DNA of 5,755 nt. Source: Ascoidea asiatica JCM 7603 (taxonomy: Eukaryota; Fungi; Ascomycota). Each line of letters begins with the position of its first letter. Position 1 is the stretch's first letter. The stretch lies in assembly GCA_001600695.1 (NCBI GenBank), contig BCKQ01000029.1, positions 83,064 to 88,818 on the forward strand. Direction: 5' to 3'. A program made the translations under genes and the position numbers. The notes beneath the pieces were generated by a model. It did no database searches. It was not told where the DNA came from and was given only the letters and a program-made list of their open reading frames with translations. This document shows, in pieces, positions 1 to 5,755 of the stretch.

Positions 1-2
1 TG

Positions 3-255
3 TTAGATCAAGGAAACGTAAAACAAAATTGATCTTCCTTTAACAACCCCATTTTCTTTAAGAAATAGTCGGACAACAGTTTAAGACCGGCAGCTAATCT
101 TAGGCGTTTAAATGCTGAACGTAGTAAGGAGTCCTCTATAGATCTAGCTTGTGAGGATTTATCTGTTCAACTACCAAGAGCTCCAATATTCCCAGTTATT
201 GATTTAAAGTCAGCTTATCAACAACTTCATACCTCTGTTGAATTCGGGAAAAGAA
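3..255 (+). pseudogene. pol: Ty3/gypsy pol, N-terminal part of reverse transcriptase (continues off the left edge; interrupted at 256)
   Basis: Manual translation from base 3: LDQGNVKQN*SSFNNPIFFKK*SDNSLRPAANLRRLNAE...IFPVIDLKSAYQQLHTSVEFGKR. This matches gypsy RT motifs (SP.P, KK.DG..R....R.LN, DL.SAY.Q). In-frame stops at 30-32 and 66-68 keep it out of the ORF track. Confidence 0.93.
251..255. repeat. Left copy of 5-bp target-site duplication AAGAA (right copy 1293-1297)
   Basis: Read directly at both junctions. A 4-6 bp TSD is typical of retroviral-type integrases. Confidence 0.85.
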
Positions 256-366
256 GGTTGGAAATAATAGAGATCTATATCTGCTAGGGCATATTTTGGT
301 ACTAACACGATAGGGGGTGAAGCAGTAAACGCACGTATATATACTAAATGTAAAAGAGTTATTTAT

Positions 367-399
367 TATACAATATGTATACATTATGTATACATTATG
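367..399. repeat. Tandem repeat, 3 x 11 bp (TATACA[A/T]TATG)
   Basis: tatacaatatg-tatacattatg-tatacattatg. The junctions form the palindrome ATGTATACAT. Confidence 0.85.
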
Positions 400-439
400 A
401 CCAATGAGACTTAGAGATCCACAATTAGGCATAAACATA

Positions 440-985
440 CATATTATTGCATCTACTTGCAATAAGTTGCATCAAGAACACACCAATTCACATGACTTTG
501 AATGAGTCGGTATACGGGTACCTAGATAGTCGGACATCATTTAATCGTCTAGTCACATGGTATAGGTCATGTGTGTGTACATCAGGTATAGTGGACAACG
601 TGGAAAAACCCTGTGATTGGTACCAGCCATAGTCGTAGAACCTTTAATAGCATATTGAAGCCAAACCTCTCGGTACTAGGAAAATTAAGGAGGAGTTAGA
701 ATTTGGCGTCTATCCGGAAATATATCAAATCCGAAAGGACCTTCGGATCCAGGCAGGTACCCCATCGGGATGGTTGAGTTTGGTAAGCCTAGTTTCATGT
801 GAGGCAAGGCATAATTCTCACTGCATATACCGAATTGTCTCAGTAAACAGGAGCCTGGAGAAGCTAGTTGCGTAAAGGATCTATTCCGAGTACTGGCTTC
901 GGGATTAAAGATTATTCCCAGCAATTAGTGTGATTATCAACCCCACTGGAAAGTGGGCTGATTGGTTTTACTATGGTAAAATGGA
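440..985 (+). ncRNA. Candidate structured RNA element inside the putative LTR (family unknown)
   Basis: Many nested complementary segments seen by eye: 657-663/894-900, 789-796/860-867, 800-807/835-842, 489-496/566-573. Hairpins with GAAA (733-736), cUUCGg (741-746) and GGAA (948-951) loops. No fold was computed. Confidence 0.4.
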
Positions 986-1084
986 AATGTGAATTTCAAT
1001 TGATTTCTAATCAAGTTTTCAACCCTTTTTACAACGTAAACTTGATTCCCACCCCTATCCTACGAAGGAATCCTGGGACTTTTT

Positions 1085-1147
1085 GGAATTCCCGAGAATT
1101 CTCGATATTCCTGCGGCACCCCGTAAGAATCCAGAATTAATATAAAG
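1085..1147 (+). promoter_or_regulatory. Putative LTR promoter: GAA/TTC-rich palindromic cluster followed by TATA-like box
   Basis: Perfect palindrome CGAGAATTCTCG (1093-1104) inside GGAAT...ATTCC. TATAAAG at 1141-1147 lies ~150 bp from the right end of the insertion and is followed by a pyrimidine-rich tract. Confidence 0.45.
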
Positions 1148-1297
1148 GAATGGATTTCCTCTTTTTTTCTATATAATTTATTTAGAGTTCTTTTTAGATC
1201 ATCGATTGGCACCCGTCAATTGATTAATACATAGTTTGTAAGTACGTAAAAGTTATATATTTCTTTTGTAGAATGAATGAAAATTCACAACAAAGAA

Positions 1298-1870
1298 ATG
1301 CCTTTTGGACTCAATTAGGAAAGCTTCAATATTGCACTCTTCCTCGAGTATATATTGATTCCCCTGCTGTTCAGAAAATTCTATTGGAGGCTCTTGCTAA
1401 TTATGTAAACAATGTATTAATATTCATGGATGACATTGCTATAAGACCTTCTGATGTTTATAATATTGATCCTTTAGGTATATCTTCAAGAACAATGAGA
1501 AATGTTGCTCTACCACATATTAATAGAATTGTTAATAACATTGAATCACTTGTTTCAATAGGTTTCGAAATTTCTGCAACAAAGTTTTAGATTCGCTCAA
1601 ATCAATGAAAAGTCCTCGGCTTTAAATTTGTTAAAGGAAAAGATTTCCTTTGGAAGAACAACTTGAAATGATTGTTGCTTTTGAAAATCCCCAAAACAAC
1701 TAGAGAACCAAGACGCTTTTTGGGAACTTGCAACTTCTACACATCATTTGTTAATCTGTATGACATACTATCTGCCCACTATATTTATTATTATGGAAAT
1801 CCAAAACAATTGATGATTGGTGTTTGGAACAGGAGGTTGGTTTCAAAAATATAAAACTGCCTTTCAATCT
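1298..1870 (+). pseudogene. pol: Ty3/gypsy pol, C-terminal part of reverse transcriptase and connection region
   Basis: NAFWTQLGKLQYCTLP...DSPA...IFMDDIAI (FMDD at 1423-1434), then ISATKF*IRSNQ*KVLGF. After a frameshift: PKTTREPRRFLGTCNFYTSFV. Covers ORF-track entries 1273..1590 and 1672..1854. Confidence 0.95.
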
Positions 1871-2308
1871 CTTCCTGGTCTTCAAAAGCGGGATTACAAA
1901 AAGTTATTCGTGTTATCTACTGATGCTTTTTACTCAGGGTATGGTGCTTGTCTTTTTAATATTGACAACGTCAAAGGTTCAATTTTGTCAACCAAACAAA
2001 TAATTAAAGTAAAAAAGATGTTAATTAGCTACGATGGTCAAACGTTTGAGGCAAGACAATTACATTTCAATATCTATGAAAACGAAATGTATGCAATCAA
2101 CCATCCGTTGAGAAAGTTATACTACCTAATTGGTAATCATCCAATAAATACTTGTTGTGATAATAGTGGAGTTGTTTCCACACTCCGTTAAAATATCGGA
2201 TCTGTTCCAATTAATAGAATATCTAATTGACTTGCTGGTATTTCTGAATTTAACTACATTATTCATAGACTTCCTGGCAAAAATAACTTGAGTGATATCA
2301 TGAGTGGC
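1871..2308 (+). pseudogene. pol: Ty3/gypsy pol, RNase H domain
   Basis: DYKKLFVLSTDAFYSGYGACL...FNIYENEMYAI...YYLIG...CCDN...RISN*LAGISEFNYIIHRLPGKNNLSDIMS. This matches the TDAS, E.E..A, TDH, RW and PGK.N..AD.LS motifs. Stops at 2189 and 2228. Confidence 0.92.
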
Positions 2309-3300
2309 TTACATGAAGAAGATGCTGATTTAGACAATACTAAAATTAAGAATTTAAATTTAAAAGGACAATTACACTATAATACATGTAATAATGATAC
2401 ACCTAGCTATATTGTGTATGGTGATAAGTTCAACCTACTTAACAATAGCATTAATATCCATTTATTTTTCAGCTATTCAAACTTCAATCAAACAACTAGC
2501 ACTCAACTGGAAATATCAAATATTGGAACTGCTAATCCTACTACTGCTGAATTTATTCAAACATTTTTACAAATGCATTGAAAATATATTCTATATGTTC
2601 AAACACAATTAAATAACCCTATTTTAAAAAGGTTATAACTTCATTGAAATATATGATTATCTATTAACATTAAATATACCTAAGCCCATAACAAATGAAA
2701 AAGGCTTTAGCCAGAATTGCTATCAATTCTTTATCGATGACTTTAAATTATTTAAGAAATGAAAAGGACTATCTAGTTTGGTCATCCTAAACCTCAGTAT
2801 AATTTCTATTTTACTACATTACAGTCACGGTGTTGGACATAAAGGTCAAAAAGCCATGTTCAATTATTTAAATAACAATTATTATGTGCCAAAACTTAAC
2901 TTGCTCGTACTGATGCACTGCAATTATTGTACGAAATGCCAATTTTACACTTATTTAGGAAAGCAGATACAGCCTCTTACTCTGAGAGTGCCAAACAAAT
3001 TATTCAAAACCATTGTAATCGACATTGTGGTCATGCCCGATATAGTTGGTTATAATAGATTGGTTATCGCTAGAGATGCCTTTTCGCTATGGCCTGAAGC
3101 AGTTGCTTTGAAATCTTTAACTGCTGTAGTCGTTGCTAATGTTCTTCACAAACAATTTATTTGCCGTTATGGTTGCTTCTCATACTTGGAATCAGATGCT
3201 GGTTCCGAGTTTACAGCTGAAGTTATATCAACCTTGTGAACTGTTGACTGAAAAGGATCTTCAATCATTTCTCACCTCAGAAACTACAATAGTGAATTAG
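2309..3300 (+). pseudogene. pol: Ty3/gypsy pol, linker plus integrase (HHCC zinc finger and two of three DDE residues; truncated)
   Basis: HGVGHKG (2826-) ... CTKCQ (2928-), IDIVVMP (D at 3021), VIARDAFSLWPEAVAL, ICRYG, SDAGSEF (D at 3195). Similarity stops at ~3245, and the P.SNG..ER motif with the catalytic E is absent. The 3245-3300 tail is uncertain. Confidence 0.93.
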
Positions 3301-3390
3301 GGTGATCTTAAAATATTTCAATTTATTTTTACTAAAAAGTTACCCCCTTTTTGTATTTTTTTTAATTATTTATTTTTTATTTCCATATTA

Positions 3391-3560
3391 TTTTTTTGAT
3401 ACATATTTGTATCATTTCTATATCGGATAATGCTTCCGTGTTTCCTTTTTATTTTTTGTTATATTTTTGTATCATTTTTATTTTTGGATACATTTTTGTA
3501 TCAGTTTTATTTTTTTGATACATTTTTGTCTCATTTTCAACTTTTATGATACGTATTTAC
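3391..3560. repeat. Degenerate tandem array, ~30-bp period, 5-6 units each with palindromic core TGATACA-N4-TGTATCA
   Basis: Cores start at 3397 (perfect TGATACAtattTGTATCA), ~3425 (very degenerate), 3457, 3486, 3516 and 3547 (partial). Linkers are T-rich. Confidence 0.85.
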
Positions 3561-3635
3561 TGGCAAATTTACTCTGTATTGTTTTTTTATTTTTATTCTG
3601 TTAAATTTTATTATTATTATCAAATCAATTTCAAA

Positions 3636-4622
3636 ATGTCAATGAATGGAACTACTACGTCATCAACTTTGGCCTTTGATATTCAAGTATGGAAAGAAGG
3701 TCCCAAAATAGTGAAATATTATTCGGAAAACTCAAATTTACAATTTTATGTTGATGAGACTTCAATTAATAGCTTATCTCCTTCAATTCAAACTTTATTT
3801 CTTAATCCAGTCAAAGCAGGCGGCAATCATTTCCCTATCACTTTTTATTTTGTCAAACCGGAATCGTTAATTTCATATAAAGGTAATACCCTTTCATATA
3901 TGAGAGAAAATCTCCGGTTATTAAACTATTTAAATTATATTCCTAGACTAAATCATTTTCATCCCTCTGAAATTGAAATCATTAAGCCTAACAATTATAC
4001 TTCGATTAGTAATTTACCGTTCGATAGTCATATTCAATCAACAAAGTTTATTTTCATTTTACATTTAATTTTATTTCCAACCAATCAAAATCAATTAAAT
4101 TATCAAAAAGACATTTCCGGAAATATTTGTGAAATCATCCACCAGAACCAGTTAAATATAGCTTACGTAATCAAACATTAATGCAACTTATTATTGGTGA
4201 TCATCAAAAACCCAATAATCTTGAAACCAGAACAATTGAACTAGAAATTATTACTCAAAAAGGTAGTACGTCATCAATTTATAATATTGTCGAAAATCAA
4301 CTTCCGGAAGAAATCAGATCCCTAACCGTCTTACCCGCTTTAGATTATACAAAAATTCAAATAATAAAATTTACTATAGGAAAGCCAAATCCAAAATGTG
4401 AAAATTGTAATTGATGCAACCAATCACACTGATAATCTTTTACCCATTTTCCGTGTTGAATCCAATGGACAGGTTCTATCCAAAATTGAATTATGGAACA
4501 AAATTGAAGGTAAGTATCCTAATATTTCCAAACCAATGTTTGAAAAGATATTTCCTAAATTTCATGTGGTAATTGAATTTTCATCAGAATCAGATTCTGA
4601 TGATCTTATTATGCTAAATTAA
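3636..4622 (+). pseudogene. Orphan hypothetical protein (~325 aa), probably one gene broken by two frameshifts and one stop
   Basis: Likely start TCAAA-ATG at 3636; the 3546 start only adds T-rich low-complexity sequence. Three abutting or overlapping ORFs (to 4181, 4181-4414, 4398-4622) lie between very AT-rich flanks. The frame of ORF2 is open 4028-4129 and again from 4133. No domain recognised. Confidence 0.6.
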
Positions 4623-5238
4623 GTTAATTTTCTATTCTTTTTTACTTATTTTTTTATTTATTACTATTTATTACTATATACTACCATGTTTTTTATATAA
4701 ATACGCCCCAAATATCTTCTTTTTATTTCTACTTTAGTTGTATTTTTTTATCATCACCAATTCTTTATTCTTAATAAGTATTATTTTTTTTTAAAAGTCA
4801 ATATCTGTAGTTGTATCTATATTAGTATCCAGGTCCTCACCAATGCTCACTTTTAACAGGAAACTGAACTAAGTTACCCAGAAGCTACACTGGAGATCAA
4901 TTTTCTATTGGAACGCCTGATGATAGAACACCAGCGAGCTTTGGCGGTGGATGTTCAAATAGAGTGAAGAAATTTTCTGATCCATCCACTAAACTGCAAT
5001 TATATTCTGATTCGAATACATTACATATTTAATTTCAACCAAAAGTGGCATTAGATATACAATAGTTATGGTGTATATATTTAAGTGTCCTCAAACTGAA
5101 ATTTATCTTAATCTATTTAACAAATGTTTTTCTTAACTTATTTTTATTTAAGTTATTCGTTTTGTTTTTATCATATTCCCTTTGATGGTTACATACTACA
5201 ATACGTTTAAAATACCAAGTTATTTTATTTTATTTTTT

Positions 5239-5256
5239 AAAAAAAAAAAAAAAAAA
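5239..5256 (+). repeat. Poly(A) tract (A18)
   Basis: 18 consecutive A's, directly after a T-rich run. Confidence 0.9.
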
Positions 5257-5340
5257 GCATTTTATTATTATTATCAGTTTTTTTTATATATAGTCCAGCT
5301 TTCAGAGTGGTACTCCGATCCATAGATCGTATTCTAGACC

Positions 5341-5630
5341 TGTTGGTAAATGCAATCTCGGTAGAGCTCTTGCCGTATTTATACATTCATTCCGTCATAA
5401 CGATATTCGGGTGCACTTGCCGTTGGTCCGGATACTTACACGTAAGTAATTTTGTGTATGTTTATGTTTTAGATACGTTACATTCTAAAATGGCGGTCTG
5501 GCTTAACATTCCGGAAAGCCGGTAAGTCAGGTCTCGCTTACTGTACTTTATGGAATACTTTCAAGTACTCATATATATTTTACAATGTACATTTTATTCT
5601 TTTCTTTTATGCTTTTTCTTTTTATCAACA
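5341..5630. mobile_element. Possible 290-bp LTR-like segment
   Basis: TGTTGGTAAA (5341-5350) and TTTATCAACA (5621-5630) are 9/10 inverted repeats with TG...CA ends. There is no TSD (AGACC vs ATATT) and no clear PPT or PBS. Confidence 0.25.
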
Positions 5631-5755
5631 ATATTTCTAAGGTCATATTGCTTATACTATCCCACGCGTCTTACAGTAAAAATCAATCAATTCCTAGTTA
5701 TGTCATCTACAATGATGGCGTTTACTTTCAGTATCAAATACTTTGTTCTTTTCCA

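Larger units (their letters stand above)
256..1292 (+). mobile_element. Nested 1037-bp insertion, most likely the solo LTR of an LTR retrotransposon
   Basis: Flanked by direct repeat AAGAA at 251-255 and 1293-1297. Ends are GGTTG...CAACA, i.e. TGTTG...CAACA with one mismatch at the first base. Excision restores the frame ...GGG AAA AGA AAT GCC TTT TGG (GKRNAFW) with the usual 10-aa spacing between Y.Q and xAF. The + orientation is only inferred from the TATA-like box near the right end. Confidence 0.85.

Noticed and set aside
196-924. ORFs 196..462(-), 447..632(+) and 685..924(-) as genes
   Set aside because: They are short and have no motifs. One crosses the insertion boundary and the others lie within the putative LTR.
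236-1292. Insertion starting at the perfect TGTTG at 236
   Set aside because: It gives no TSD and would delete RT residues. The 256 boundary gives an exact TSD and correct motif spacing.
2228-2230. Alternative genetic code (TGA at the conserved RNase H Trp)
   Set aside because: Other Trp residues use TGG, stops of all three types occur at unrelated positions, and frameshifts are present. Ordinary decay explains it.
2394-2612. 72-aa hydrophobic ORF
   Set aside because: It is an off-frame reading of the AT-rich pol linker.
3343-3352. Minus-strand polypurine tract AAAAAGGGGG
   Set aside because: It is not followed by a TG LTR start.
3391-3560. CRISPR array
   Set aside because: The linkers are only ~11-13 nt, T-rich and similar to each other rather than unique spacers. 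There are no cas genes and the context is eukaryotic.
4046-4110. GT-AG intron repairing the orphan ORF
   Set aside because: The splice signals are weak and the spliced frame still meets TGA at 4130.
4830-4970. Hammerhead ribozyme (CTGATGA at 4917) or small exon
   Set aside because: There is no GAAA directly after the putative stem II and no stems I/III. The open frame is only ~36 codons with no recognisable motif.
5288-5296. Group I intron S-like word ATATAGTCC
   Set aside because: The upstream sequence is pure A/T tract with no R element or P7 partner.
5307-5525. 72-aa ORF as a gene
   Set aside because: It has a GTG start and no motifs, and it overlaps the hairpin-rich segment.
3242-5630. 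One element bounded by TGTTGA (3242) and TCAACA (5630)
   Set aside because: There is no TSD (TGAAC vs ATATT), and TGTTG at 3242 is explained by the integrase codons for ELL.

Overview
AT-rich, probably eukaryotic (fungal-like) repeat region with no intact recognisable host gene. Bases 1-~3300 are a decayed Ty3/gypsy (Metaviridae) pol on the + strand in the order RT - RNase H - integrase, with many stops and frameshifts and a truncated integrase. The RT is split by a 1037-bp insertion (256-1292). It has (T>G)GTTG...CAACA ends and an exact 5-bp target-site duplication (AAGAA), and excising it restores the RT frame, so it is most likely a nested solo LTR. The insertion holds a GC-richer segment (~440-985) dense in predicted RNA stems with GNRA/UUCG loops and + strand G-U pairs. 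After pol come a ~30-bp-period array of palindromic TGATACA-N4-TGTATCA units (3391-3560) and an orphan reading frame of ~325 aa (3636-4622) broken into three ORFs. A second hairpin-rich, possibly LTR-like segment lies near the end (5300-5630). All structure calls are by eye and were not computed.
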